64,000 nucleotides of DNA from Eledone cirrhosa (GCA_964016885.1 OZ024745.1:72540001-72604000), one strand, 5' to 3'; shown: positions 16,215 through 29,980, counted from the stretch's first letter. The notes: generated from the letters alone by a model not told the origin. Made by a program: numbers and translations.

Positions 16215-16408
16215 GGGTGGTGAATTGGCAGTATCGGTAGAGGGTAGGACGCCATACTTTCTAGCATAGTTACGTCCCTTTACAGTCTCAGTTCAAATCC
16301 CGCCGAGGTTAACTTTGCCTTTCATCCTTACGGGGTCGATAGAATAAAGTACCAGTAATGTACTGGGTAATTGCTGGCCTTGTGCCTAAAGTAGAAACAA
16401 TTATTATT
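16215..16408 (+). mobile_element. SINE S1
   Basis: Near-identical to other S1 copies. Confidence 0.9.
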
Positions 16409-16742
16409 AGATTCTCTAGCTGCAGTATCACTTACAATAAAATTTCACGTAAGATAGATTAGCAAAATTTAATTAGCGGAGGTGGGTGGTGGAATAAAAC
16501 TCAATGCGGGTGGAATCTGACAAATTAATAAGCGGGTAATTAATATTACTTAAAATCTGAAAGTACGTGAATTATTGACGGACATAAGAATGGAAACTCA
16601 ATTTCGAAGTAGGTTTTAAATATTCATTTATTATGGCTAAGTCTTGTTACTCTGGAGTCTCACCTGCTTACTCACCAGACAAGACGGGTGATCCTGTGAG
16701 TGCGCAGGTGGAACTTTAGAGTAACAAAGCTCACATATAGCC

Positions 16743-16786
<44 letters not shown>

Positions 16787-18014
16787 AGTGTGTGTGTAGA
16801 TAAAGAGAGAGAGATGAATAAATTGGGTATAATACCAGTTTATTACCAAATGCGAAGAAGATCGATATATGAACACAGTAGGAAAGGGCACAGACAATAT
16901 TTTTTTTTAAATTATATATATACAGTGGTGGTGAAATGATAGGGCGCGGTGCATGCTTCACTCCAATAATTATATTTTACTCCCCAAACTACCAAAACAC
17001 AATCTTTTTAGTTATGCGCTACAATTTATGTACATGTTATGTTTATCGCATATCGACGTTTTCTGACCATTTTAGAGTGAAAGAAAAAACTAACCCCTAC
17101 AACTAAATTGTCCAAATTAGCCCCCCCCCCCCCCCCCCACACACACACACATACACATCCTAAAAAATGTTCAGAAATGCTTCCACCGTCCCTGGTACAA
17201 CATAATTTACGCAGTTGCTTGATCTGTTAAGAATAGCAGCTAAATCTACCTAAAAAAATCACATTGCCTATATTCGTCTTAGATAAACATTCTGAAGAGA
17301 AAAAAACAAGACGGCATGACTACGGTTTTAACAACAGAGCTGCTTCAGTACTAAACAACTTCGGAGGCATTTAAACTTCGCAGATACACATTACTATCTT
17401 CTTTAATCGGAGGAAAATTTATATTGCTGAACTATTATGTTGTAAATTATATTCCTAAATAATATATTTACACCTGAATAAATGTATAGTACGATTAAAT
17501 GTATAGTACGTAGACAATGAAAAATGTGTATTATAAAGTTCAAATATTTAAAACCAAACCTCCCTGTCCACCATGTAAGAGTAAGAAAAGAATAAAATAT
17601 GCCCCTTCATATTGAAAGGCAAATACAGTAAGCAAGCAGGAGTAATGTTTAAAATATAACCTTGATAGTTTAAATAATATTTCAGTGTACGATCTTCTGA
17701 GATTGTATTGCATCATGTAAGAATGTGTTGAAGGAAAATCTACAGAAAGTCACTGGCACGAATCAATATAGTTAATGGTTCTCACCCGTTCCCCAATACA
17801 TAAGCACTTTTATAACCTTATATTTCGACAGGCTTTTTTATAACCTGATGAACTGTTATTGTGTCATTGAATATAATCAGTGAAAGTTTATTTGACCGCT
17901 TACCCTTATGTCATTTATCGTTTCAAACAATCTATGTAGAGTCCTTTGCTCTCAATTCTCACTTCCCTCTATCACACACACATACACACACATACATACA
18001 CGCATACACATATG

Positions 18015-18084
<70 letters not shown>

Positions 18085-19667
18085 AATGCACACACACAGA
18101 CACATGCACACACACAGACACATGCACACAAACACATGCACACACACACACACATATACCCACACTGACACAGATGCTTCGAAACTATAAAAACAATAAA
18201 TAAACGGTTAAGTGGTGCTGGCATAGTTTTTGTTTTAAATGGAGGTTGAATGTGTAAAATTAGACGGATAACGGAATGAAGGTATGAATTAGATTGAATG
18301 TCAGAGACAGATAGACAAAAGGAAGGGATAGAAAGCAGATAGAAATTAATAAAGGAGAAGGAAGGATAATATAAAACTTAATGAGTACAAACAGAAATAA
18401 AACAGCAGAAAAATATGAATACGATTAAAGGAAAGATAAATGAGAAGGACAGAAATAAGCAGAGATGTGGAACGAGACAGGAATATCTAAACAGACAAAA
18501 ACTAGACTCTAGTAGGCGGAAGCAAACATAAATATATAGGTGATAATGAAAACGGAAGCATTTGAGTTAAGAACGATGGCAATATATGTAACATTGCTTC
18601 ACCATCTGCTGTCTGTGTTTTGTTCTTGTATCGTTTCAAACAATCTATGTAGAGTTCTTTGCTCTCAATTCTCACTTCCCTCTATCACACACACACGCAC
18701 ACACAGACACACACACGCACACGCACACGCACACATGCACACACATACACATACATACACGCATACACATATGAACACACACACACACACACATAAATGC
18801 ACACACACAGACACATGCACACACACACATATTCACACACTGACACAGATGCTTCGAAACTATAAAAACAATCTATGTAGAGTTCTTTGCTCTCAATTCT
18901 CACTTCCCTCTATCACACTTGATGTAGATAATGTCTAATTCATGTAGATCTTGCCGATCACGGCAAGGCTGCTTCGGGGTACTTGCACTTTTTCTACAAA
19001 GTTATTTCGCTAACTATTAAACAACACTAAAGATTTGGTATTCTTAATTGTGCAACATATATTCGTGTATCTCGTTGCATAATGTAGATTGCTTCAATAT
19101 ATATATATTATTTGCAGCTTCAGGGGATTTTTTAAAGCTTTTCTTATCCGTAGAGAAAAGAACAAGTTATCTTGTATAAGATCACAGAAAATATTATTGA
19201 ATGAATAGCTAATGTTTTTGAAAATATTTCTCTCCCAAAAGTCAGGGGGTTAAAAGAGAAAAAGAAACTAATCAAAATATACTGCTGTAAGGAATACGAA
19301 GATATGTACCTTCTGGTTTCCCTGAGTAGTTGCGATATGTGTGTCTGCATTCCGCGTGTTTGGCCCTGCATAAGCGTTAGTTAGTTTAGATACGATAATA
19401 AATTATAATAAATGATAACATTTTTGATAAGCATGTTGAGGTAAAAGAAGGACCACCCAAGTGCAAGTGCTGTTGGAGAACTGTCAATAAAAATGTGAGT
19501 AAAACAAGGAGCCACCAAACCCCCGAAGGCACGGTACAGGAGACGAGAGAAGAATAGCCGAATATCAATTGGTAGTGTTTTACAAATGATCAATAATAGA
19601 TTTATTGCCTATATTGTAACACTGCATATTGAATATATATATACATACACGCACACATACACACATG

Positions 19668-19722
<55 letters not shown>

Positions 19723-19840
19723 GTACGTTATTCCGGGTTGAATCGGAGGTAATCACAGTAACTACCAAATCAACTTTTTAAATGGAAGTTGCATTATTAT
19801 AAGGTATGTCAAAATTATTTATAAAACAGCTTATGTATTG

Positions 19841-19906
19841 TATTTTGTCTGAGGAAGGCATACCATATTTTTAATATGATATCCCAGAAATATATATAAC
19901 GAAATA
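19841..19906 (+). ncRNA. Type I hammerhead motif (family F3)
   Basis: TATTTTGT CTGAGGA AGG...CATATT/AATATG...CCA GAAA TATATA TA ACGAAATA; homologous to 47988-48053. Confidence 0.6.
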
Positions 19907-20034
19907 AATATGGTTTTATAAATATAGTTTCCATTTGTTTAATATCGTAAACCTACTCCAGAAACTGTTGAGTGCTTTTATATCAGTTATAAAATATTTA
20001 CTCGTTGTAACCCAACAATCTTAAATAAAACTTT

Positions 20035-20085
<51 letters not shown>

Positions 20086-20089
<4 letters not shown>

Positions 20090-20303
20090 TTAATATAGAT
20101 GAGATTCTACAGGACTAGAACTGTTTCATTCTTTAGAAATCATCAGAAATCATTTAGAAATCATCATGATTCCTGATGATTTCTAAAGAATGAAACAGTT
20201 CTAGTCCTGTAGAATCTCATCTATATTAAAACTTTTATACTCTGCAATGTATTGAGTACCTTACTTACTGTGGTTACCTCCGATTCAACCCGGAATAACG
20301 TAC
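20086..20303. mobile_element. Foldback HHR element (family F4): minus HHR 20103-20151, plus HHR 20168-20216, then 3' tail
   Basis: Plus strand GATTC CTGATGA TTTC TAAA GAAT GAAA CAG TTCTAGTC CTG TA GAATC; inverted copy immediately upstream; flanked by (TA)n; decayed relative at 49520-49650. Confidence 0.8.
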
Positions 20304-20363
<60 letters not shown>

Positions 20364-20510
20364 AGGAGTTGACGGACCCAGCGTATTTATCAATGCCAGG
20401 ACCGGTTGTATCTCAGCGTACTCAATAGGTAATGTAAGATACATTCCCAGAGTATACACATAGTTATTTGCTTCAATACAACACACGTAAAACGGGTGCA
20501 TATAATAGTT

Positions 20511-20595
20511 CCCGGACTCGAGTTTCGGCCACACTTAATGCAGCAGTAAGGTGCACTGCACCCTCTGTCTGCATGTATGTGGCTTCATCGGCGGG
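20511..20595 (-). ncRNA. Type I hammerhead motif, CCGATGA core variant (family F5)
   Basis: Minus strand CCCG CCGATGA A GCCACA...TGTGGC C GAAA CTCGAG TC CGGG, inside TA-flanked element 20361-20810. Confidence 0.7.
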
Positions 20596-20808
20596 TATCG
20601 CCTAATCAATAACGAATCGGTCGACAGAATCCAAACCCCAGCCCATGCCGGCTATGATTGTTTGTGACAGCCGACACAGTAAAGTGGTTAGCAACTGGAA
20701 TCCGATACAATTCTGTCCCTCGACTAGCCACCGATTTACAAACTTTACGTGGTGGCGGGGGAATAGAAAACAAATCATAGTTGTTGTAAGGTTGCAATAA
20801 ATGCGTCC

Positions 20809-20860
<52 letters not shown>

Positions 20861-20862
<2 letters not shown>

Positions 20863-21348
20863 TAGAATTGGCCCTCTGAAATAGCAATATATATATGGAT
20901 GTATATATAATGTATTTTGCAATACACTTTATTCTTAATTAAAAGCATTTTGAAGACCGTATGCTATTGTTTTAGAGTAGTGACAAATTCACTTACTTTA
21001 ATCTCAGCAAACAGGGGAGATAAGCCGACAAGGCCTTGTTTCGCTTTTGTTGAAGCTTATCAAGGCTAACTACCCCTCCTGTCTACTGAGATTACTGATG
21101 TTATATTCTTATAGAATTCTAGTAAATAATCAGGAACTGATTATACAGAGCGATTGTTGGTCAGGCAGAAATTAAAAATTAGAATTGGAGCTCTGAAATA
21201 GCAATATATATATGGATGTATATATAATGTATTTTGCAATACACTTTATGCTTAATTAAAAGCATTTTGAAGACCGTATGCTATTGTTTTAGAGTAGTGA
21301 CAAACTCACTTACTTTAATCTCAGCAAACAGGGGAGATAAGCCGACAA
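20861..21348 (-). mobile_element. Retrozyme-like element, ~1.5 copies of a 317-bp unit; HHR at 21023-21067 with U3-A8 core
   Basis: ATTAGAATTGG at 20861 and 21178; minus strand AGCC TTGATAA GCTT CAACAA AAGC GAAA CAAGGCCTTG TC GGCT. Confidence 0.8.
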
Positions 21349-21685
21349 TATGGTGGCTGCCAACTCGTTTTCGAGTACGGCCACTACTTTATATCCATGT
21401 AGGAAAACCCCTACCGATGCGCTGAATGAGTGTGACTTTTTAGTCCAGCCAGCGACTTGAAAACTCTGGTACAAACACTACACTTGTGACAATTATTGAC
21501 ACATAGTGCTGGGTCCATGGTACCATGTGACGACAAGTGCAGAGAGATCTCCAGATATAAAGCAATGCCTGTGCCGTGAAGCTTTTATAGTGAGCACATC
21601 CATCTAGTGTTTAGTGATCTACACGATAAAGGCACCCAGTACACGCTTTAGGGTTTGGTGATTGGAAGAATATCCAGCTCTAGAA

Positions 21686-21727
<42 letters not shown>

Positions 21728-22544
21728 CTCTCTCTCTCTCTATATATATATATATACCCCTCTAATTCTCCCACACTATTGTAGAGTTTCCATCATTGCA
21801 CATCTTCCCTCTTACTCACATTATCTGTTCATCTCTCACTCTTCTAAATGTCCTTGTATCTTATCTGGTACTCATCTGTCTGCCTGATTGGTATCTTGCC
21901 AACAGCTGAATATATCTCTCCCACATATATATTTATCTCTCAATTCCATTTCGCTTTACAATTCTCTATTGGTATAGTCACTGCATTTGATTCGACACTG
22001 CATTTTGTCACAACGATATTCTAGAATTTTGTCTCTCGTCTTTTTACCATTTTTTTGTTACATGAGAAGACGGAAGCACTTAACAAACATACCCTTGGTG
22101 TTGAGGGTTGTTCTATCTACGGGGTGTATAATAACCCCGCAGTGACGCCCCCCCCCCCCCAATTGGCAATTTTTATTGTTTATTTATAATTGTTAAATGT
22201 TATTACACACTTCCATTTAACCCCCCCACCCCTCCTCCTCTATCGCATGTCTTCTAACGTCCCATTTCTTGTTCGTCCTTGTGGCAAATAAAGAAATCTA
22301 TCTCTTCCTCTCATATTATCATCCCACCTATATTTCACTGTCTGCTAGCGTGGCTGCCTGACAAATAACTACCTCCCTTTCTCTCTCACTCACCTATGTA
22401 TCAATCCAAGCGATCTCTTGTTATAATACATTTTCTCTTTTATACCCGTCTCACCACAACCATTGCTTGCTCTTTACACATTTCAATAGTATGATGTAAA
22501 AGGGTAAACATGCCACCTAAAAGAAATGAGACGTGACTTATATA

Positions 22545-22602
<58 letters not shown>

Positions 22603-22839
22603 ATTGGGGAGGGCGAGAGAGATGGAGCGGATGACAGTGGGAGTTCGGCGGTTCCACGTTCGGACCATATCCATGTGGTTGTGTTCATTATCTATAGAGT
22701 TCATTCTATTAGTCGATAAATTGTTAATGTATGTCTTTAAGAAGGGTTTAACACGGCATATTTTTAACGGTATATTTGCTTTAGTGTCAGTCATTAAATT
22801 AAATTAATTCAACAGTTAAACACACATAGGAATAATAAG

Positions 22840-23335
22840 GTTGTTACCAAAGAGCCAGAAGATTGACAAGTCAACCCTAAGTATGACTAGTAGCACTAGG
22901 AAAGCCATGAACGACACCTCACCTTTTAAACTTTGATTTTAAAAGTAGGTTTATAATTATTAATTTTCATTAAACTTCCGTAGCCGTCTCGGTGGCCTAG
23001 TTGGGGGGAATCGTAGACGTGGGTGAACTTGGTCTGAAGTTCGATCCTGGTTGGGAGTAGGGTTCCCGGTAAACCTTTTCAGTTTTTTTCGATGGGATGT
23101 AAAATAAAAACTGAAACAGGTTACATGTACCTCTTGACCAGGATTGAAACCAAGACCAGGATCTCCACCGTCTCTAGTACTTGCCGCTGAAGGTCTACTG
23201 AATGTTCATACTTATAAACCTGCTTTCAGAATTTTCAATACAAAATGATGTGGTGTCGTTCATGTCTTTCTTAATGTTGTTGCACCTGCTTCGGGTCGAC
23301 ATCTAAATCATTTGGGTGTTCCATAAACTACATCT
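22840..23335. repeat. ~500-bp imperfect palindrome (foldback/MITE-like) with tRNA-like arms
   Basis: GAAAGCCATGAACGACACC vs GGTGTCGTTCATGTCTTTC; AGTAGGTTTATAA vs TTATAAACCTGCT; GTTCGATCCTGGT vs ACCAGGATTGAA; centre near 23090. Confidence 0.6.
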
Positions 23336-23468
23336 TTGTTTTGGTTCTCATCTATCTAGACTATATTTTTCCAGTAATCCATGTCTCATTTCTGCCGCAC
23401 CTCAATTCGCCCCCCTCTCTTTCTCTCTGTGATATTTGAATCTACTATGATTTGGGCTTACCTTATAC

Positions 23469-23520
<52 letters not shown>

Positions 23521-23762
23521 TGGCATGTCAGTTAGATTCAAACTTATACTGTATATACTTTATATACATTATAAACTCTTTTTAAAAAGAATTGTCCTCA
23601 TTTTTTCAATAATGTCCTTTTGACGAATCAAAGAAAGGAAAATTAAAAGAAAAACAGACCCTAAAATATGTTTTCCGTGCTATTTCCAACTTCACCTTTT
23701 CTCTATAACCACTGCTTGGCTTGGTATAGAACCTTACTTCCCTTTTCAAATATATATATATA

Positions 23763-25855
23763 TTGGAATAAATGCTCTGAAATAGCGATATATATGTGAA
23801 TATAGACATAGAATATTCGAAAATATTCTGTATGTTTATAATAAACATTTTGAAGACCTAATCGCTATAGAATAGAATACGTCACGTATTACAATTAGAT
23901 TCTCGATAAAAGCAAGGGAAGTAATCTACACGTTTCATTCTTGTTAGAAATCTTCAGGACTACATATCCAGTGCTTTTATCGAGAATGACACAGCTAGAG
24001 ACTTATAGAATACTTAGCTGTGTACAGGAACTGGTTTGAAAGAGCGGTTGCCGGTCCGGCAGAAATTAGAAATTGGAATAAATGCTCTGAAATAGCGATA
24101 TATATGTGAATATAGACATAGAATATTCGAAAATATTCTGTATGTTTATAATAAACATTTTGAAGACCTAATCGCTATAGAATAGAATACGTCACGTATT
24201 ACAATTAGATTCTCGATAAAAGCCTATAGCGATTAGGTCTTCAAAATGTTTATTATAAACATACAGAATATTTTCGAATATTCTATGTCTATATTCACAT
24301 ATATATCGCTATTTCAGAGCATTTATTCCAATTTCTAATTTCTGCCGGACCGGCAACCGCTCTTTCAAACCAGTTCCTGTACACAGCTAAGTATTCTATA
24401 AGTCTCTAGCTGTGTCATTCTCGATAAAAGCACTGGATATGTAGTCCTGAAGATTTCTAACAAGAATGAAACGTGTAGATTACTTCCCTTGCTTTTATCG
24501 AGAATCTAATTGTAATACGTGACGTATTCTATTCTATAGCGATTAGGTCTTCAAAATGTTTATTATAAACATACAGAATATTTTCGAATATTCTATGTCT
24601 ATATTCACATATATATCGCTATTTCAGAGCATTTATTCCAATTTCTAATTTCTGCCGGACCGGCAACCGCTCTTTCAAACCAGTTCCTGTACACAGCTAA
24701 GTATTCTATAAGTCTCTAGCTGTGTCATTCTCGATAAAAGCACTGGATATGTAGTCCTGAAGATTTCTAACAAGAATGAAACGTGTAGATTACTTCCCTT
24801 GCTTTTATCGAGAATCTAATTGTAATACGTGACGTATTCTATTCTATAGCGATTAGGTCTTCAAAATGTTTATTATAAACATACAGAATATTTTCGAATA
24901 TTCTATGTCTATATTCACATATATATCGCTATTTCAGAGCATTTATTCCAATTTCTAATTTCTGCCGGACCGGCAACCGCTCTTTCAAACCAGTTCCTGT
25001 ACACAGCTAAGTATTCTATAAGTCTCTAGCTGTGTCATTCTCGATAAAAGCACTGGATATGTAGTCCTGAAGATTTCTAACAAGAATGAAACGTGTAGAT
25101 TACTTCCCTTGCTTTTATCGAGAATCTAATTGTAATACGTGACGTATTCTATTCTATAGCGATTAGGTCTTCAAAATGTTTATTATAAACATACAGAATA
25201 TTTTCGAATATTCTATGTCTATATTCACATATATATCGCTATTTCAGAGCATTTATTCCAATTTCTAATTTCTGCCGGACCGGCAACCGCTCTTTCAAAC
25301 CAGTTCCTGTACACAGCTAAGTATTCTATAAGTCTCTAGCTGTGTCATTCTCGATAAAAGCACTGGATATGTAGTCCTGAAGATTTCTAACAAGAATGAA
25401 ACGTGTAGATTACTTCCCTTGCTTTTATCGAGAATCTAATTGTAATACGTGACGTATTCTATTCTATAGCGATTAGGTCTTCAAAATGTTTATTATAAAC
25501 ATACAGAATATTTTCGAATATTCTATGTCTATATTCACATATATATCGCTATTTCAGAGCATTTATTCCAATTTCTAATTTCTGCCGGACCGGCAACCGC
25601 TCTTTCAAACCAGTTCCTGTACACAGCTAAGTATTCTATAAGTCTCTAGCTGTGTCATTCTCGATAAAAGCACTGGATATGTAGTCCTGAAGATTTCTAA
25701 CAAGAATGAAACGTGTAGATTACTTCCCTTGCTTTTATCGAGAATCTAATTGTAATACGTGACGTATTCTATTCTATAGCGATTAGGTCTTCAAAATGTT
25801 TATTATAAACATACAGAATATTTTCGAATATTCTATGTCTATATTCACATATATA
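23763..25855. mobile_element. Retrozyme-like 310-bp tandem array: ~1.5 inverted units (23763-24223) joined to ~5.25 direct units (24224-25855), one HHR per unit
   Basis: TCAAAATGTT recurs at 24241, 24551, 24861, 25171, 25481, 25791; HHR GTAGTC CTGAAGA TTTC TAACAA GAAT GAAA CGTG TA GATTAC at 24441, 24751, 25061, 25371, 25681 (+) and 23921-23963 (-). Confidence 0.9.
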
Positions 25856-26118
25856 TATATATATATATATTGAAGGATGAGTAATTAAGCTTTATATTAA
25901 GCTTTATTTAAGCTTAATTTATTCTGAGTTAAGACTCTATTGGTTTTTCCCTGGATTTTACAAAATCTGTGGATAAAATCTCTGTCTTGATTATTTTTTA
26001 ATTGAGTTTGAATTATTTTCCCATATCTTACGTTAATTATTTTCCACTTTGACGTTATAGTCACTTATATATTTTGAAATACTGTTGGCTTCTTGCTCAC
26101 AATAATTTCTATATTTTC

Positions 26119-26164
<46 letters not shown>

Positions 26165-26167
<3 letters not shown>

Positions 26168-26362
26168 AAAATGTTCAAGACCCCGACGGCAGAGCTGAAG
26201 TCGTTTCGACGGCTATTTCTGGTCCAGAAATAGCCGTCGAAACGGCTTGAGCTCTGCCGTCGGGGTCTTGAACATTTTCCTATTACCCATTCTACTACCC
26301 TAAGTATTGAGTATTCTGGTGCGTTATGGTCCACCTGGTTCATTACGACACTTCCTTCGTTA
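26165..26362. mobile_element. Family F1 foldback copy (palindrome 26165-26281 plus tail)
   Basis: GGAAAATGTTCAAGACCCCGACGGC...GCCGTCGGGGTCTTGAACATTTTCC; contains the HHR 3' half GAAACGGC..GCCGTC GGGG. Confidence 0.8.
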
Positions 26363-26749
26363 TATATATATATATTTATATATATATATATTTATATATA
26401 TATATATTTATATATATATATATTTATATATATATATATATATGCTATAAAGCTGACGGCCGTATGTAGGTAACAAACTTTCCGCCAAACGGCTGGACCA
26501 GACAGCACCAAATTTGCACCATAGATGTAATTTTTTCCAAGTAATTTTGTTAAAAGATTAAAGACATTATTTAAATATTCACTTCTTTAAAATTTCAAAT
26601 GTCAACACTTCCGGTTATACGTCATTCCTCACTTTTTCTTATGACGTCGCACAACATTCCCCTCTTTTTCTTAGTCTGTATGTCAGGCTGTCTGCATTAG
26701 ATAACGTTTTTCGAAATATTTACTTCTGCGTTCACAGACTGATATTTTT

Positions 26750-26800
26750 AGATTCAGAAGATCCCGTTAAGGGTGAAAGCAGCGAATCTTTGCTTAAACT
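26750..26800 (+). ncRNA. Hammerhead-like motif, CAGAAGA variant (F2)
   Basis: AGATT CAGAAGA TCCC GTTAA GGGT GAAA GCA..TGC TT AAACT. Confidence 0.55.
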
Positions 26801-27699
26801 TTAATCTGTTATTTTAATATATATATATTCGTGTACAGATATTTTTGCATACACAAAAACAAAAACCTATTTCTTTAACTCGTTTGGAAGCCTCGACAAT
26901 GCAGATGAGTAAATCTCCGGGTAACAAGATCCGGTGGTGGAGAGAGAGATGTAAGTGAGTGTACGTTGAGATGCGTGGCGTGTATAAGACTGTAACATGT
27001 AGAGGAATGAAGGAAAGATCGTAAAGGATAAAAATAAAAATAACAATACGAGAAAGATATATCTTGGGAGAGATTTAATTGGCCCTATATATTTCGGATT
27101 CACATCCATCAACTGGGGTTTTTTCCGGGGGTGGGGGGTGGGGGGGTTGTCTGTCGGAATGTTGTGAAACGTGTCTTCCGCTGTTCGTTGTTTTGAATAT
27201 CCGAGGTATTCAGCAGAGCGCGCTTGCGCGTGAAATTGGGTCGGTCAGGCAGAGGTCAGCGGCCGAAGTAGTTCTTTCAATTGTGGGAGTGAGGTGGCGC
27301 TAGCTGTCAGTCCATTCTCTGCCTGTTTGGTGAATGTTACTGTGTGTGTGTGTGTGTGTGCGTGCGTTGTTGTCTCGCTTGAGTGTGTGTGCGTGTGTTG
27401 TTGCCTTGTTCCTCTGTATTGGCAGTGTAGTATGTTCGTATGGTGGAATGCTACTGTGTGTGTGTGTGTGTGCGTGTGTTGCTGTCTTGCTTGTGTGTGT
27501 GTGCGTGTGTTGCTGCATCGTTTAACTTAAACCAACCACCTCATTTCGCTTCTCTTGGATCGGTTGTTTAATTGTGGCCCTAGGCGTTTGATCCAAAGTG
27601 CTTCCTTAATACGTAACGTGCCAACGTTTCTTTCTGTCGCTAGAATTGTGACAATGGGCTTTCCGTCTTTGTTTCCGCATTAGGCTATTTATTTCACGA

Positions 27700-28291
27700 A
27701 AACATAGACGGCTTATCGTCATTGTTACTGTTCGAAGTTAGCGGACCACAGTCTTTCCAAGATCTGAGAACCATCAAAAGCCATCAATGTTCCACTTAGC
27801 GTTTGGCTTGCCATATGCGTGGTATGTTACACGATGACAGCCATTGGCACCTCACCCTGCAAGAAGCAACAACTGCTAAAGTCCCTTCTCAGCTGCGAAA
27901 ACTCTTTGCTATTATGCTGCACAACTGCGATCTCGCCGACCCTCTCGCAATGTGGAACAACCACCGCGAAAGTCTAGCTGAACACTTCGTCCACCGAACA
28001 CACAGACACAATCCGAACGTAACATACGATGTCGTTTACAATGAGGCGCTCATTTATCCTGGAGATTGGTGGTAGGCCTCTAAGTCACTACAGCTTTCCT
28101 GCTCCTGACTGGAGTGTCCAGAGGTCAACGTCTACAGAGCTTCTCCACGAGACGAGCTACGAGATCAGTGATTCTCCCATGGTCAATTGTATGTAGGATG
28201 CTCTAGGGTGAGCTCACCAAACAATCTATTCATCTTTGCTCGGGAGGGCCGAACAAAAAATATTGTTTACTCTGAGGCTCTAACAATGTAA
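27700..28291 (+). mobile_element. Internally deleted Helitron Rep/helicase remnant
   Basis: LLLFEVSGPQSFQDLRT...ACHMRGMLHDDSHWHLTLQEA...PSQLRKLFAIML (pre-helicase region) fused to FSHGQLYVGCSRV...TKNIVYSEAL (PIF1 C-terminus, 28172-28291). Confidence 0.88.
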
Positions 28292-28672
28292 TTTAAATAT
28301 TTTCTGTTACTTAGAATTTCCATTGTGGTTGTAGAAATTGTTGTTTGTTAAAATATTTGTTCTCTGTTCAGCCTTTATTGTTGTAACTATCAACTTTCTT
28401 TAACGTACTGGCTGCTGAACCGGGGAATCCTAAAAACTATTCAAATCCAACATCAGAGCACGTAGCCAGGAAAACATGGGATAAGGTTGTGAAGACCTAC
28501 CTTAAAAAACTAAACCTCGCAACAGAAATGACTAAAGACCGCGAGTGCTGGCGTTATGTTGTGCTGAAGAAGACTCGACCTGCAACATACAATGTGGCCT
28601 GACCTACCCTCGTATCCACCTGTCCACTACCTCTCACAAACACATATTCCCAAAACGACTACACCACCCTCA

Positions 28673-28731
<59 letters not shown>

Positions 28732-29113
28732 CTCTACACATTCCTAGCCGCTGCCCCCTTGTGAAGTAGTTGGTGATGGGAAAGGCATTCAGCAGTGGAG
28801 GGTTGGCCAAACAATGGATTGGGAGAACTCTTCAGTAGTGTCAAGCAGATGTCAGCTTCCCTAGTGTTTTACTGTTCTACGCTGTAGAGACACCCAGTAC
28901 AAGCTGTAAAATGGTTGATGATAGGAAAGACTTCCAGCTGTAGAAAGGTTGCTAAACAAAGGTCATGGGGGATCCCTCGGTCATGTCAAAGACATAACAG
29001 CCTCCCTAGTGTAGGTGAGCTACACGATAAACGCACTCATTATACGGTGTAAAATGTTTGGTGACAGGAAGAGTATCCAGCGGTATATATATATATATAT
29101 ATGTGTGTGTGAA

Positions 29114-29163
<50 letters not shown>

Positions 29164-29980
29164 TGCGCGTTGTGTGTGTATGTGTGTATGTATGAATGTA
29201 TATATGTATGTATTTCGACGACTTTTACTCTGAAAAAAGGATATATTGTGATCGACGAAACTAATAATTGTTGCATCTGCAACGGTTTATGCCTTAAGTT
29301 GTTTAAATGTCTGTCGTAACAAAAATATTCATCAAAGATTAGAATGGAATATATATGCAATTAACAAAAATGTTTACAACAACATGTTGCCTCATATGGA
29401 TATAATTGCAGTTACGAACCAACGTCAATTTGAATCCCATTATACTATGTTAAAATAAAAGGATGCGTTACACAATGAAGTCTTGTATTCCCTGTGTGAA
29501 ATTACGATGAGATTATCAAAGCAGCAATTGTAGAATATCATTGGCCAAACTTGATCTGACACTAAACAACACTAACATCATTACAATTACCGCTGCAATT
29601 ATGGCGTTAACGCTCCATAATCTCCCTTATTATCTTCCTAATTTAACAAAACATGACATTTGAATTCAAAAATTATTTTTATGACTAGTGTGTCCGTGTT
29701 GCCAAAAATAAGGAAAATTTTAATAATTATAAAGAATGCCTTTTAAAAGGAAATACAATATTTCTTTGAGCCTATCACTTAGACAGTTCGTGTAATCTTT
29801 CCGCCTCTTATTTTCATTCAATCAATCACAAATACTCTACCCCTGTTTGTTACATTAGTCAAGCGTGACAAATAAATACCTCACTCTGCTATTCACATTT
29901 TACTCCTGCTACTGTCATTCACGTGTAATCGCTCATGTTCCGTGTATGAACATAAATAAATAAAATAATATATATATATA

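Noticed and set aside
17845-17910. CTGATGA ACTG...CAGT GAAA resembling a hammerhead core with stem II
   Set aside because: No convincing stem I, stem III or NUH site could be built
17917-18918. Local duplication of a CA-rich block (17917-18197 and 18628-18918)
   Set aside because: Microsatellite-rich segment duplication with no further structure
23763-25855. Array considered as CRISPR or ordinary satellite DNA
   Set aside because: There are no variable spacers and the context is eukaryotic; the ribozyme per unit and dispersed relatives favour a retrozyme
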